NCBI GenBank assembly: GCA_043788645.1
Contig: JAYVTS010000019.1
Location: forward strand, 1 to 49,919
Reading direction: 5' to 3'
Source of the DNA: Verrucomicrobiota bacterium
Lineage (GTDB): Bacteria; Verrucomicrobiota; Verrucomicrobiia; Limisphaerales; UBA9464
Length of the DNA: 49,919 bases
Below are positions 1-11,311 of this stretch, piece by piece. The first letter of the stretch is position 1; each line of letters opens with the position of its first letter. Below the pieces are notes generated by a model that worked only from the letters and a program-made list of their open reading frames with translations, did no database searches and had not been told where the DNA came from. A program made the translations under genes and the position numbers.

Positions 1-433
1 GGACTGTAGCGCACCGTTGGGGGTTGCGCCGGACAGGAGACAAATTTCTGTTTCAAACTTACCGATGACTGGATTATTGTCTGACCCGGCACATTAAAAA
101 CGAGGCCTTTCCGAATGAGTAGCCGCGAGAGAAGGCAAAGAACGCAAAAGGAGAGATTTCATTTTTCTGTGCTCTCGGGGTTCTTCTATGGCTTTACACC
201 CAGAAATCGGCCCGAAAGCCGCGTTCGGTACGACGATGCGATTTCTAAAGATTGGCTCTTGCGGTTTGATCGGAACGAGAATATGGATAGTCTACCTTCA
301 TTCGATTCCGGCTAAACCGTCCGCCCGAATGGGCCGTGTTGGTAAATCCTGGTCGGGACGGGTGGGGTGATCAAATGAGGTGCGTAATGTCATTACTTAT
401 TAAAATAGTAAATACAGGGCTCGCAAAAGAGTC

Positions 434-465
434 CAACGAGTCAACGAGTCAACGAGTCAACGAGT
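434..465. repeat. Perfect 8-bp tandem repeat (CAACGAGT)x4 in the intergenic region upstream of the 515 ORF
   Basis: Read directly: caacgagt caacgagt caacgagt caacgagt at 434-465, 50 nt upstream of the TTG at 515. Confidence 0.95.
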
Positions 466-514
466 TCGTGAACAGATTCGGAAAATAACCAATCGAATTG
501 GGGTTATTTTTGGG

Positions 515-3181
515 TTGGTAACGTTGTTTACCAGTCCGCAAGGTAGGGCGGACCCAACTCCCTACGCCCAGCACCGGGCTACCGCGATGGTCCAAGGGCC
601 GGGCGGCGTTCCCACTCCGGTAAATATCCATGGCGCCATCGCTTTGCACCCGGACGGATCAGTCTACGTGACGACTGAAGAAATAGTACCGCCCGGCAAC
701 GTTTCGGTGATACCGACGGTGCAGTGTTTCGAAGCGAGCGGTGCCCTCCGCTGGACCTTTGGCCTTGGTCCCATCAATTGTGACCACGAATCACGACCAA
801 CGCCCGCGGTCGACTCCGATCTGAATCGGGTCTACGTCGGCACCGGAAGCGGTCACATATTCGCGTTGAATACCGCCGTTACCGCCTCCGGAATTCCGAC
901 CGTCGCGTGGCAGTTTCCGCCAACTGGCAGCACGTTGCTCGTGGGCGCCTTCCGAGCACAGTTAGCGTTTGATTCGACTCAGGTGTACGCTCACTGCAAT
1001 GATGGAAAACTTTACGTATTGAACCGTACGACCGGGGTGCTCGTCAAGACCTGGACAACTGGAAACAATGGGCCAACGGGGTCTGGATGGGACCCAAAAC
1101 CCTTGTCCTCGGGCGCGGCCATCAGTGCCGACGGCGTCGTCTTTGTGGGCACTGCGGAGACGCTAAATAGTAATTCTGGACTTCAGACTGGCCGACTTTT
1201 GGGATTCGACCCCAGTGCTCCTGGAACTGCGGCTCCAAAATTTGCGGTGAGCTTGGGAGTCGCCATCGAAGGTCCGCCGTCCATTGGCCCCAATTGCTGG
1301 GTTTATGTCGCTTCCCGAAATTGTGACTTTGCCGACACGAGCTCCGTAGCCTCCGATGCCAATCATCCATTCGAAGCGAAGGTATTCGTCATCGATCCTA
1401 CCGTAAGTCCGGCTCCAACAACTCCTCTGTTCTCAAATTGGGTGTTACGGGACCATTTTAGCGCTGACGGCGCCGGGCCTGGCGCTATCTTCGGGGTAAC
1501 GATTGATCGGTTCGGATATGTCTATGTCTCGGATTTCTCGCACATGATTACCCGATTCACCCCAACACTGGACCGGCTCGACGCGATCCACTTGCCTGGG
1601 AAACTGTGTCAAACACCCGCCCTAACTCACGGAGGTCGACTCTTGGTAGCCGAATCCGACCCATCCTCAGGAAATACCGATGCCCGGTCGGTGACCGCCC
1701 TGGCACTGTACCCAATTCCGACTAGCACCGCCAACGGAGCGTGGGGCGCCAAGATCGGCGAAGCGGCGGTGGACTATAGTGACCTCTTTGTTGATACGCC
1801 GGGGAGAACGATCAATCTTCCCCCGAGCCCCCTCCTCGGAGCGCCATTAAATACATTCCCTCATGCAACGATCGCTTGGCGGGTAAAGTCCGCGAACGTC
1901 ACTCCAATCGCTCCGGCGTCGAGTTTTGCTTGGGCTCCGAATCAGTTCGGTGGGGTTGCGGTGGCCGCCGACGGCGGGATTTGGACCGCTGACGCTGGAG
2001 GCATGACTTCAGGGGACGTTCCGGGCGGGCACTTGGTCCGCATTTCAGGAAGCAGCCCATTGATGGGTGGCAGTTGGACCTCATTGCAAGGCGGCAATCG
2101 ACGCTCCGGGGCCTTCGCGGCGGTATCCGAGTATATTATTGCCGAACTGGCCAATTTCATCAGTTCGACGGGCAGCCAGGACGTTACGGCGGTTCATCCT
2201 AGCGGTTACGCCGTGGGAATGAGCGAGGGCTACTACAATTATCCGAATGCGGCCTACCAAAGAGCCGCGACGGTTTGGTCCGGTACGGTGCCGACCGCAT
2301 TGTTGGGGAGCTCTGGTTCTCCAGCACCTTGGGTACCTTCGACTGCCTCGGGACTCAATCTATTAGGCGACGTAGTCGGTTGGAAGGAGAGCGCGAATCT
2401 GCCCCTGGTATGGGAAAATACCCTGGGTACCAGCGCCTTCTTGGTCCAATTGCCAACAGAACCTGGGTCGTCGTTAACTCGAACAGTAGGGATCAATGAC
2501 TCAAAAGCGGTGGTTGGGTATGGAGCAGTTGCTGGCGTCAACCGGGTCTACCGGTGGATTAAGACCGGTGGATCTTGGGGTATTGTGTCTGTCCCGCTTT
2601 CAGGAGGGTATGCGGCCGAAACGGCCGGAATCACTTCCGCTGGGCGCATTTTTGGCCGGGCTAAGTTCGGTGGCGGGAATTGGAAAGGATATTATTCTCA
2701 GCCATCACCCTCAACTCTAAATGTTGTTTCGCAACTCTCCGACTTCGGTGGTGGTCAATCTGAGGTGTTGGCCGGGCTCGATGGTTATGGGGTAATTGGG
2801 CGCTCCTTAGATTCAAGTGGTCGGTGGCGGGCCTTCTTTGTTAAGGGTGATTTGAGCCAATCATTAACACTCGCGGCCGGTGATCAACTCCCGCCGCTGC
2901 TTCCGAGTGGTAGCGCCAACACCTCTCGGGCTCGCGGCATTAATCGTTCGTGCGCCGTAGTGGGAGAAGCCACCGATAATTTTAACACCGGCGTTCTTCA
3001 CGCCTTTGTCTGGGCGCCGAATCGGTCGACATTGGTGAACCTACAAACATTTGTCATCGGCAGCCAATTGGCCCTTTCCAGCGCCGCCGCTATTTGCGAT
3101 GGCGGGACCATCGTGGGTACCGGCACGTCGGGCTCGATTCCACGGAATTGGATCGCCTATCCTGTCTATAAGACAAACTAA
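515..3181 (+). CDS. Large beta-propeller (PQQ-like repeat) protein with C-terminal HAF-type extracellular repeats
   Basis: 888-aa ORF. The N-terminal part has propeller-style motifs (VYVGTGSGHIFALN, KLYVLNRTTG, GVVFVGT). The C-terminal third has repeated GINDSKAVVGYG / GINRSCAVVGEA...HAFVW units, as in HAF-family repeats. The start is uncertain (TTG 515 or ATG 587) and neither is followed by a clear signal peptide. Confidence 0.75.
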   Translation: MVTLFTSPQGRADPTPYAQHRATAMVQGPGGVPTPVNIHGAIALHPDGSVYVTTEEIVPPGNVSVIPTVQCFEASGALRWTFGLGPINCDHESRPTPAVDSDLNRVYVGTGSGHIFALNTAVTASGIPTVAWQFPPTGSTLLVGAFRAQLAFDSTQVYAHCNDGKLYVLNRTTGVLVKTWTTGNNGPTGSGWDPKPLSSGAAISADGVVFVGTAETLNSNSGLQTGRLLGFDPSAPGTAAPKFAVSLGVAIEGPPSIGPNCWVYVASRNCDFADTSSVASDANHPFEAKVFVIDPTVSPAPTTPLFSNWVLRDHFSADGAGPGAIFGVTIDRFGYVYVSDFSHMITRFTPTLDRLDAIHLPGKLCQTPALTHGGRLLVAESDPSSGNTDARSVTALALYPIPTSTANGAWGAKIGEAAVDYSDLFVDTPGRTINLPPSPLLGAPLNTFPHATIAWRVKSANVTPIAPASSFAWAPNQFGGVAVAADGGIWTADAGGMTSGDVPGGHLVRISGSSPLMGGSWTSLQGGNRRSGAFAAVSEYIIAELANFISSTGSQDVTAVHPSGYAVGMSEGYYNYPNAAYQRAATVWSGTVPTALLGSSGSPAPWVPSTASGLNLLGDVVGWKESANLPLVWENTLGTSAFLVQLPTEPGSSLTRTVGINDSKAVVGYGAVAGVNRVYRWIKTGGSWGIVSVPLSGGYAAETAGITSAGRIFGRAKFGGGNWKGYYSQPSPSTLNVVSQLSDFGGGQSEVLAGLDGYGVIGRSLDSSGRWRAFFVKGDLSQSLTLAAGDQLPPLLPSGSANTSRARGINRSCAVVGEATDNFNTGVLHAFVWAPNRSTLVNLQTFVIGSQLALSSAAAICDGGTIVGTGTSGSIPRNWIAYPVYKTN

Positions 3182-3194
3182 ACCGTAATTCAAT

Positions 3195-4106
3195 ATGAAG
3201 GCAGATCCTGATAAGGTTGTGATCTTTGGCCAACGGTCTATTCAACGACCGAGTGGCCGATCGATTATTTACAGGGGATCTGCCTTCACTCTGATCGAAC
3301 TCTTAGTGGTTATTGCCATCATTGCGATCTTGGCAGGCCTACTTCTGCCCGCCCTGAGCGGCGCCCGTCAACGGGCTCAAGGAATTGCCTGTTTGAGCAA
3401 TCTGCGACAATGCCAATTGGCCTGGCAATTGTATCTGACGGATAACAATGATCAATTTGTCCCCAACCATCCCTATTTTTCGCAGATGTCGTGGGAGTTT
3501 TCGCTAAGTTGGTGCTTGGGGAACATGGATTATGGTCAACCTGACGGAACCAATATTGCCAATTTAATGGGCGATCGCGGTTCTTCACTGGGTCGTTATG
3601 TCTCTACCCATCGAATCTTTAAGTGTCCTTCAGATCGGTCGCTGACCCCTTTGCCAAATGGGAAATTTCCACGGGTTCGGAGTTACTCGATGAATTCAAA
3701 TCTCGGAACCGACTTTCGAGATCCGCAAGGGGACCAAGGTTGGAGTGGTTTTGCCATGAAAGATCTGCCTAGAGCCAACCGACCAGAACTCTTCGTTTTC
3801 ATTGATGAATACGCCGACAGCATTGATGACTGCGCTTTCGGTGCAGACGGCAACGGTTTCAACGGATGGGGTGCTGGATACCCTAGTTCGCGGCATCGAC
3901 AATCTGGCACGGTTTCATTTATTGACGGGCATGTGGAAATGCATCGTTGGACTAGTCCCAAAACCACCCCACCTGAAACTGGCCGACCGTGGTATATTGC
4001 TTTTCCGCCGACTTCAATTCCATGGGATGATTCTCCCGCGGCGCGGGATTTGCAGTGGGTCTACGTCAGAAATTTCAGATCTTGGATCAATGAACCGTTC
4101 CCGTGA
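3195..4106 (+). CDS. Prepilin-type N-terminal cleavage/methylation protein, DUF1559 (H-X9-DG) family
   Basis: [26 protein letters not shown] pilin-like helix. C-terminal [13 protein letters not shown] matches H-X9-DG. Starts 14 nt after the upstream stop. Confidence 0.9.
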   Translation: MKADPDKVVIFGQRSIQRPSGRSIIYRGSAFTLIELLVVIAIIAILAGLLLPALSGARQRAQGIACLSNLRQCQLAWQLYLTDNNDQFVPNHPYFSQMSWEFSLSWCLGNMDYGQPDGTNIANLMGDRGSSLGRYVSTHRIFKCPSDRSLTPLPNGKFPRVRSYSMNSNLGTDFRDPQGDQGWSGFAMKDLPRANRPELFVFIDEYADSIDDCAFGADGNGFNGWGAGYPSSRHRQSGTVSFIDGHVEMHRWTSPKTTPPETGRPWYIAFPPTSIPWDDSPAARDLQWVYVRNFRSWINEPFP

Positions 4107-4730
4107 ACGACCGACAGTGAATACCAAGGTTCCTTCACTTTAATCGAGCTTTTGGCAGTCAATTTGATGCGGATCGCACGCTTCAGAGCGGTAGAGGACT
4201 TTCGCACACCGAAGACGCTATCGCGATCAACGACGCCTGGTGTGGAAATGCCGGTATCACGATTCGTTCATATCCTTTCGGCTGCGAATTACGGCGAGCC
4301 CGTCTGGAGGCGTTGGCCTCGCATTCCAAGCCAGACAGTATGTACTCACACGGCCCGGTTCGGAATCGCTTCGGCCGCCTTGCCAGAAGGGGTCTCGCGG
4401 CGTCTCGCGACGAAAGACTATGAAATATCCGGGCTAGACGGCTTCCGCCTCGGAAGGAGACTCGAACCACGGATTGCGAACTCGGGCATCAACTTCTGAT
4501 GGAGCGATGGCTTCCATTCGGTCGAAGTCCGCGGAGTTTTTTTGCAGGCGGAAAAGATCCGCGAACGCAATCCGCCTCTTCACTTTCTCGACGAGTGTGA
4601 AGGGGCACAATCCCGTTCATTTTTTCACCCGATGCCGTTCGTACGAATGCCATAGCGCCGCCGGACGGACGTGGCTCACGACCCGAGTAACCGTTTGCCT
4701 CCGGTCGAAAAAGGGGCATCGTTTAGGCCC

Positions 4731-6023
4731 ATGCGCCACGCTCCTATTTCTGCGACGCTTTTTTGTGAAAACCGGGCTCGCCTCCGGCAGCGGCTCACGC
4801 CGAATGCCGTCGCGTTTGTCAACACCAACGACATCTTGCCGACCAATGCGGACGGGACTTTGCGTCTGGTGCCAAATACCGATTTGTTTTATCTTACGGG
4901 GATTTCTCAGGAAGAGTCGCTTTTGGTGCTGTACCCGGATGCCGACGATCCCAAGTACCGAGAGATGCTTTTTTTGCGTGAGACGAACGACCTGATCGCC
5001 ACTTGGGAAGGGCACAAATTGACGAAGGAAGTGGCGCGGCTAGCGAGTGGAATCGCCCGGGTCCATTGGCTTTCAGAGTTTCCCGCGATTTTTCGCCGCA
5101 TCATGTGTGAGGCGGATCATGTGTATCTGAACGCCAATGAACACAAGCGGGCTCACTGCGAGGTCGAGACCCGGGAGGCGCGCTTCGTCAAGCAGGTGCT
5201 AGCGGAATATCCGCTCCATCAGTATCATCGCTTGGCGCGTGAACTCCACCGCTTGAGATCGGTGAAATCGGATCTAGAGGTTCAACTCATCCAAAACGCC
5301 TGTGCACTGACCCAACGAGGCTTTGAACGCGTGGCACGCTTCGTTCGGCCAGAGGTCAATGAACTTGAAATTGAGGCAGAATTCCTCCACGAATTTACTC
5401 GAGGCGGGGGTAGTTTTGCCTATTCCCCAATTATTGCTTCCGGGGCCAACGCGTGCGTTTTGCACTATCTCGAAAACGATCAACCCTGCCGCGACGGTGA
5501 CTTGGTACTGCTCGATGTGGCGTCGCAATTGGGTAATTATCAATCCGACCTGACCCGCACGCTACCGGTCAATGGCCGTTTTACCGCCAGGCAACGGCAG
5601 GTTTACGACGCGGTTCTGCGGGTTCTTCGCGGCTGTTGCGACGCCCTGGTTCCCGAAAAAAAAACTCGCGACTGGCAACGCGAGGCGGAGGAGATGATTG
5701 AGCGCGAATGTGTTGGGCTGGGGTTACTGACGCCCGCCCAGATTAAGGACCAAAACCCGGACTGCCCGGCCTTCAAGGAGTTCTTCATGCACGGCGTGGG
5801 GCATCCCATTGGGCTGGACGTTCATGACGTCGGCCTGACCACTGAGCCGATGCAGGAGGGGTGGATGATGACGGTTGAACCGGCGATCTACCTCAAAAAA
5901 GAGGGCTTCGCAGTGCGGCTGGAGAATGACATTTTGATCCGTGCAGGGGGTAATCTGGATTTGATGGCGGACATTCCGATCGAGGCGGAAGACGTCGAAA
6001 GATTGATGGCGAGCGGCAGATGA
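4731..6023 (+). CDS. pepP: Xaa-Pro aminopeptidase (M24B family)
   Basis: M24 metal-ligand motifs (LLDVASQLGNYQSDLTRT, HGVGHPIGLDVHD, VEPAIY, LENDILI). The ORF opens at 4671, but the ATG at 4731 (MRHAPISATLFCENRARL) fits the family N-terminus better. Confidence 0.9.
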   Translation: MRHAPISATLFCENRARLRQRLTPNAVAFVNTNDILPTNADGTLRLVPNTDLFYLTGISQEESLLVLYPDADDPKYREMLFLRETNDLIATWEGHKLTKEVARLASGIARVHWLSEFPAIFRRIMCEADHVYLNANEHKRAHCEVETREARFVKQVLAEYPLHQYHRLARELHRLRSVKSDLEVQLIQNACALTQRGFERVARFVRPEVNELEIEAEFLHEFTRGGGSFAYSPIIASGANACVLHYLENDQPCRDGDLVLLDVASQLGNYQSDLTRTLPVNGRFTARQRQVYDAVLRVLRGCCDALVPEKKTRDWQREAEEMIERECVGLGLLTPAQIKDQNPDCPAFKEFFMHGVGHPIGLDVHDVGLTTEPMQEGWMMTVEPAIYLKKEGFAVRLENDILIRAGGNLDLMADIPIEAEDVERLMASGR

Positions 6024-6253
6024 TCGGGGAAATCTCGCAGAATCGAAAAAGGGTTGTTGGGCTTACAATTCTGACAAATCCTGCCCGAATCTGCTCAATC
6101 CATCGGAAAAATGGGGGTTATCCGGCCGTTTTTGGGGGTAGCGGAGCCCCCCTCCCAATCGGTGGAACCCCTTTTGACGCTCCCCTCCTGGGTTCTTAGC
6201 ATTCTGTTTGGTCTTTATTCCTGTCCTTCTCAGTCTTTAACGCAGGTACACGC

Positions 6254-9200
6254 ATGATCGGCTTTCTCGTCCGCAAAATTCTCGGGTCCAAAAACGACCG
6301 CGAGATAAAGAAACTTCGTCCCTTGGTGGCGGAGATCAACCAGCATGAAGAAAAGCTCCGCACGGAGTCGGATGATGCGCTGCGCGCAAAAACGGCGGCG
6401 TGGAAAGCTGAACTCTCGCAAATGACTGACGACGTCGAATTGAAACGGCGTCTGAACGAGCTTCTGCCCGAAGCGTTTGCCGTCGTCAAGAATGCGTGTC
6501 GTCGGCTGACCGAACAGAAGGCCACGCTCACGGTTCGCAGCCATGAGTTGGTGTGGGCGATGGTCCCTTTTGACGTTCAGCTCATCGGCGGCATGGCGCT
6601 GCACCGAGGGTCCATCGCGGAGATGCAGACCGGTGAAGGGAAGACTCTGGTAGCGACCCTACCGACTTACCTCAACGCGTTGTCCGGTCGAGGAGTGCAT
6701 GTCGTCACGGTCAACGATTACCTGGCCGCCCGCGATGCGGAGTGGATGGGGGCGGTTTACCGATTTCTAGGTTTGACGGTCGGAGTCATTTTGCATGACA
6801 TGACGCCCGCCGTCCGTCGCCAGATGTACGGAGCAGACGTCACCTACGGCACGAATGCGGAGTTCGGTTTCGACTATCTTCGTGACAATGGAATGGCAAC
6901 TCGTGCCGAAGAACAAGTCCAACGCGGGCACTATTATGCGATCGTCGACGAGGTGGATTCGATTCTCATCGATGAAGCCCGTACTCCGCTCATTATTTCC
7001 GGGCCGGCGGTGGTTTCTATTGAGCATAAATTCATGGAAGCCAAGCCGCTCGTGGCGCGGATCGAGACGGCGCAGCAGGAATTGTGTGAGCGTTTTATCA
7101 CGGAAGCCAAGACCCTGTTGGGCAAGGCAAGACCCACCGATGGGGCGAATCCGCCGAAGAACGCCGATGATTTGGAGTTTGAAGCCGGTCGGCTTTTGCT
7201 GCGGGTGAAGATGGGGCAACCGCGGGCGCGAAATTATTTGACGCTCATGGAGGAGCCGCGGAATCAAAGTCTCGTTCAGCGGGTCGAGGGACTCCTGTTG
7301 GCCGATCAGTCCAAGAAAGAATACTACGCGCAGAAGGAAGAGTTGTATTTCGCCATTGAGGAAAAATCGCATGAAGCGGACCTCACCGAAAAGGGCCGAC
7401 TCTTCATTTCCCCCAATGATCCAGACGCCTTCATGCTCCCGGATCTACCGACGTTGTATCATAATATTGAGACCGGTCCGGAGGCGGATCCGCACAAGCG
7501 AATTGAGGCCAAAGCAAAAGTTCAGACGGAGTTTGAGGAACGAGCCTCCACGATTCACGCTATTTCCCAGCTCCTCAAAGCTTATTGTCTTTACGAGAAG
7601 GATGTTCACTACGTGATCCTGGAGGGTAAAATCATCATTGTGGACGAAAATACGGGTCGACTCATGACGGGACGCCGTTGGTCCGACGGATTGCACCAGG
7701 CCGTGGAGGCCAAAGAAGGCGTGGCGCTCGAGCGCGAGACCCAAACATTGGCCACCGTTACAATTCAGAATTATTTTCGACTCTATCATAAGTTGGCGGG
7801 CATGACGGGCACGGCTGAAACCGAGGCGCAGGAATTCCATGACATCTATAAATTAGGCGTTCTGGGTATTCCGGCGAATCAGCAAAACGTGCGGAAAGAT
7901 GCCAACGATACGGTCTACAAAACCAAACGAGAGAAGTTTGAAGCCGTGGTGCGGGAAATCGGTGAGAAACATACCAGCGGTCGGCCAGTGCTGGTAGGAA
8001 CTGTTTCGGTAGATTCCTCCGAGGCCTTGTCTCGAATGCTGACCAAAGCCGGTATCCGCCACAAGGTGCTGAACGCAAAGTATCACCAACAAGAGGCGGA
8101 AATTATTACCGAAGCAGGCCAAAAAGGCGGTGTGACCATTGCCACGAATATGGCGGGTCGAGGCACCGATATTAAATTGGGACCTGGGGTGGCCGAACTG
8201 GGCGGGCTCCATGTGCTGGCCACGGAGCGGCATGAATCCCGCCGAATTGATCGACAGTTGCGCGGGCGTTGTTCTCGCCAAGGGGATCCCGGTTCGTCCC
8301 ATTTCTTCATTTCTCTTGAAGATGATCTAATGCGGCTCTTTGGTTCAGATCGAATTGCCAAAGTCATGGAACGGATGGGGCTCGAAGAAGGGCAAGAATT
8401 GGAACATCCGTTGCTGAATCGCTCGATTGAACAAGCGCAAAAGCGGGTTGAACAGCACAACTTCATGCAGCGTAAACGCGTCTTGGAATATGATGACGTG
8501 ATGAACAAGCAGCGCGAAGTGGTCTATGGCTTTCGAAATCAAGTGCTGCACGGCTCGGATGTTCGTGATCGGCTGATGGACATCCTGGAGGAAGTCGTCC
8601 TCGAAAAAGTCCAGCAATTTACTGCCAGCGACACCGACCTCGCCGAGTGGAATATGCGGGGATTAGGCGATTGGGTGAACCTGAATTTTCCAGTCGGTGT
8701 ACCCGAAGCGGAATTTAGTAACGTGGCGAGAGCGGGGAAGGAATTACCCCAAAGCGGTTCGATGTATGACGGGTTGAACGAATCCCAGTTCGCCGTCGTA
8801 AAGTTCATTCATGACAAGGTCCGGGCCGCCTATGATCTCAAATCACAATTTGAGAAGCCGGACGCCCTGGCGAGCATTGAGCGCTATACCATGCTCGAAG
8901 CGATTGATCGCCTCTGGCAGGAACATCTGTACTCCATGGATTCGCTTCGCAGTTCGATTGGACTGCGCGCCTATGGTCAGAAAGATCCGTTGATTGAATA
9001 CAAGGCAGAGGCGTACAAGCTGTTTGCCGAGTTAATGGGGAACATTAAAACCGAGATTTGTGCGAATATATTTCGCAGCGCCTCGAGCCTGATGGCCTTT
9101 GAGCAGTTCTTGGTGAATCTGCCCAAACTCCAAGTCCAAATCCACGGCGGCGGCAGTGCATATGAGGACGCCAAGGCATTGGCGGGACCGAGTGCCGCGC

Positions 9201-9370
9201 CAGCCAAAACGGACACCAAAGCGATCGCTGTAGCCGACTCAGCTCTGGCGGAACCGACCGCCCAAGCGGTCAAAGGGACGCCGGTGCGAAACCTGACACC
9301 GCGAGTCGGGCGGAATGATCCCTGCCCCTGCGGCAGCGGTCAGAAATATAAGAGTTGTCACGGCAAATGA
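6254..9370 (+). CDS. secA: Preprotein translocase ATPase SecA
   Basis: [14 protein letters not shown] Walker [33 protein letters not shown], and a C-terminal zinc-finger tail [15 protein letters not shown]. Confidence 0.98.
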   Translation: MIGFLVRKILGSKNDREIKKLRPLVAEINQHEEKLRTESDDALRAKTAAWKAELSQMTDDVELKRRLNELLPEAFAVVKNACRRLTEQKATLTVRSHELVWAMVPFDVQLIGGMALHRGSIAEMQTGEGKTLVATLPTYLNALSGRGVHVVTVNDYLAARDAEWMGAVYRFLGLTVGVILHDMTPAVRRQMYGADVTYGTNAEFGFDYLRDNGMATRAEEQVQRGHYYAIVDEVDSILIDEARTPLIISGPAVVSIEHKFMEAKPLVARIETAQQELCERFITEAKTLLGKARPTDGANPPKNADDLEFEAGRLLLRVKMGQPRARNYLTLMEEPRNQSLVQRVEGLLLADQSKKEYYAQKEELYFAIEEKSHEADLTEKGRLFISPNDPDAFMLPDLPTLYHNIETGPEADPHKRIEAKAKVQTEFEERASTIHAISQLLKAYCLYEKDVHYVILEGKIIIVDENTGRLMTGRRWSDGLHQAVEAKEGVALERETQTLATVTIQNYFRLYHKLAGMTGTAETEAQEFHDIYKLGVLGIPANQQNVRKDANDTVYKTKREKFEAVVREIGEKHTSGRPVLVGTVSVDSSEALSRMLTKAGIRHKVLNAKYHQQEAEIITEAGQKGGVTIATNMAGRGTDIKLGPGVAELGGLHVLATERHESRRIDRQLRGRCSRQGDPGSSHFFISLEDDLMRLFGSDRIAKVMERMGLEEGQELEHPLLNRSIEQAQKRVEQHNFMQRKRVLEYDDVMNKQREVVYGFRNQVLHGSDVRDRLMDILEEVVLEKVQQFTASDTDLAEWNMRGLGDWVNLNFPVGVPEAEFSNVARAGKELPQSGSMYDGLNESQFAVVKFIHDKVRAAYDLKSQFEKPDALASIERYTMLEAIDRLWQEHLYSMDSLRSSIGLRAYGQKDPLIEYKAEAYKLFAELMGNIKTEICANIFRSASSLMAFEQFLVNLPKLQVQIHGGGSAYEDAKALAGPSAAPAKTDTKAIAVADSALAEPTAQAVKGTPVRNLTPRVGRNDPCPCGSGQKYKSCHGK

Positions 9371-9518
9371 TTCAGCAAACGCTCGGCTATCTGCGAATGG
9401 CCGAAATCGTCCGCCATTTTGCGGTATTAGGAATTAAGTATCAGGTATCATGAAGACGAGAGGTTGATCGCTTCTAGGTTTTCGGTGTTTGATTCTTGGT
9501 TAGAAACCCATTCTTGGA

Positions 9519-10436
9519 ATGTCATTACCTGCCCCGTTGCTGCTCGCTGGACCAACGGCTTGCGGCAAATCAGCGGTGGCGATGGCTTTGGCCGCGCGCC
9601 TGAACGGGGAACTGATCTCGGTCGATTCCATGCAGGTCTATCGAGGGCTGGACATTGGGACCGCGAAGCCCTCCACGTCTGAGCGGAAAGCGGTGGTGCA
9701 TCATTTGATCGATGTGGTGGAATTGACCGAAGGATTTGATGCGGCTCGTTTTGTCTCGTTGGCGCAAGCGGCGGTCGCGGATATTCAGGCTCGGGGTCGA
9801 GTGCCCATTTTTTGCGGCGGGACCGGGTTGTATTTCAATGCGTTTCTCAATGGGCTTGGAGAGGCACCGCCACCGAATCCAATCCTACGGGCTGAGCTAG
9901 AGGCCGCACCGCTCGCCAGCTTGTTGGATGAACTCGCCCGTCATGATCCGGTGACGTTGGACGAAATTGACATCGAGAACCGGCGCCGGGTGGTGCGAGC
10001 CGTGGAAGTGATTCGATTGACCGGCCGACCGTTTTCGCAGCAGCGGGCTGCCTGGTCTGATCGGGCTCCAACTTTACGCGGTCGAACCTTTGGTTTGACC
10101 CGTTCGCGAGTAGAGTTGATTCGGCGCATTGATCGAAGAGTTGAAACCATGTTTTCCGCCGGATTGATCGACGAAACCCGCCAATTGCAGGCGCAGGGTC
10201 TGGAACAAAATCGCACCGCGATGCAGGCGATTGGCTATCGGCAAGTGATCGAATATCTGCACGGTGATCGCGGTCGCTTAGAGACCATTGAATTGGTCAA
10301 AGTGCGCACCCGCCAATTCGCGAGGCGCCAGGTCCAATGGTTTCATCGACAATTGGATCTGACCTGGTTGGACGTTGGCCCCGCCGAATCTCCATCCGAG
10401 ACGGCGAGTCGAATTGCCCCTGGTGCCGGATTCTAG
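9519..10436 (+). CDS. miaA: tRNA dimethylallyltransferase
   Basis: P-loop LAGPTACGKSAVAMALA, DSMQVYRGLDIGTAKP, and RQFARRQVQWF near the C-terminus. Confidence 0.93.
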   Translation: MSLPAPLLLAGPTACGKSAVAMALAARLNGELISVDSMQVYRGLDIGTAKPSTSERKAVVHHLIDVVELTEGFDAARFVSLAQAAVADIQARGRVPIFCGGTGLYFNAFLNGLGEAPPPNPILRAELEAAPLASLLDELARHDPVTLDEIDIENRRRVVRAVEVIRLTGRPFSQQRAAWSDRAPTLRGRTFGLTRSRVELIRRIDRRVETMFSAGLIDETRQLQAQGLEQNRTAMQAIGYRQVIEYLHGDRGRLETIELVKVRTRQFARRQVQWFHRQLDLTWLDVGPAESPSETASRIAPGAGF

Positions 10437-10452
10437 CCCGAATAAGGCGACC

Positions 10453-10491
10453 AAGAAAAACCCGGTGGCCCCAGAAACGAGCACCACCGGG
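10453..10491 (-). terminator. Candidate intrinsic terminator (minus strand) between the convergent miaA and 10672 genes
   Basis: 8-bp stem CCCGGTGG (10461-10468) / CCACCGGG (10484-10491). On the minus strand it is followed by TTTTTCT (complement of 10454-10460). Confidence 0.5.
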
Positions 10492-10671
10492 CACAGGAGG
10501 AAAGGAGGCAAAAACCTCTCGGACAAATTGACGTTATATAAACTACCCGGTTAGTCAAACCGGTTTCTGAGTTTCACGCACTCTGCCACCAAAAATGGAT
10601 CGGGATCATTTTTCTCCGCCCGGTTCCGCGGTAAGGCAAAAATTGCGCCGAGCGGACGGAAAATCGGCGGT

Positions 10672-11304
10672 TCAGGGCGAGTGCCCTCGAAGGAATACCC
10701 AGGCCAAACCGTAAAGAACCACCACCAACGTAGCCACCAGTGCAAGCAAGCGGTTTCTGGCAACGCGACGTTCATAACGGAGAGGGCGAAGACCTTGAAC
10801 ACTGCCCGTGGCCAAATACTTGATCATGTGTGGGTTGTTCGAGGTGGTGCCCACCGTGTGCTGCCGAATTCGTGCCAAGAGGTTCCGATACCACGAACCA
10901 AGATCAAACTTTCGCACCCCGAGTTCGTTGAAACGCGGATCTAACGGGGTTTCAATGAGAGGGAACGACGCCCCTAACACTGGCGCCGAATGGCTCGGCT
11001 CCAGAGTCAGGGGGAGCGGTTTGAGCCCGAGAGGCATTGTGGGCGGCAGCGGGACGGGTGGAACCGCAAGAGGCTCAGAGATCGTAACTTTGATCAAACC
11101 TGAATTGACGAACGGATCGGCCGCAGCACTGGTTGAAGCGTGAGCGGACGCGCTGGGCTGGAGTCTAGACAACGAATTCCGGAACGTTTTTCTTGGTCCC
11201 AATCTTAAGGCGGCAATCTCCTTTTCGAGCCGGGAAATCTCATCGTTTAAAGCTTTTTGATGGACATCGACCGGTGTGTCCAAACGGGAGCTAAAAAGTG
11301 CCAT
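10672..11304 (-). CDS. Hypothetical tail-anchored membrane protein with N-terminal coiled-coil segment
   Basis: 210 aa. NDEISRLEKEIAALR heptad-like N-terminus, a proline-rich middle, and a single C-terminal hydrophobic helix LLALVATLVVVLYGLAWVFL. ATG at 11304. Confidence 0.6.
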   Translation of the reverse strand: MALFSSRLDTPVDVHQKALNDEISRLEKEIAALRLGPRKTFRNSLSRLQPSASAHASTSAAADPFVNSGLIKVTISEPLAVPPVPLPPTMPLGLKPLPLTLEPSHSAPVLGASFPLIETPLDPRFNELGVRKFDLGSWYRNLLARIRQHTVGTTSNNPHMIKYLATGSVQGLRPLRYERRVARNRLLALVATLVVVLYGLAWVFLRGHSP

Positions 11305-11311
11305 AGGCGCC

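Noticed and set aside
1-433. Possible ncRNA in the long gene-free left end (T-loop-like ttcgattcc at ~300, and a hairpin ccgtcc...ggacgg at ~318-362)
   Set aside because: No cloverleaf or tmRNA, RNase P or SRP signature could be assembled by hand around these elements. The small ORFs at 115-370 are unconvincing. The region is left unannotated.
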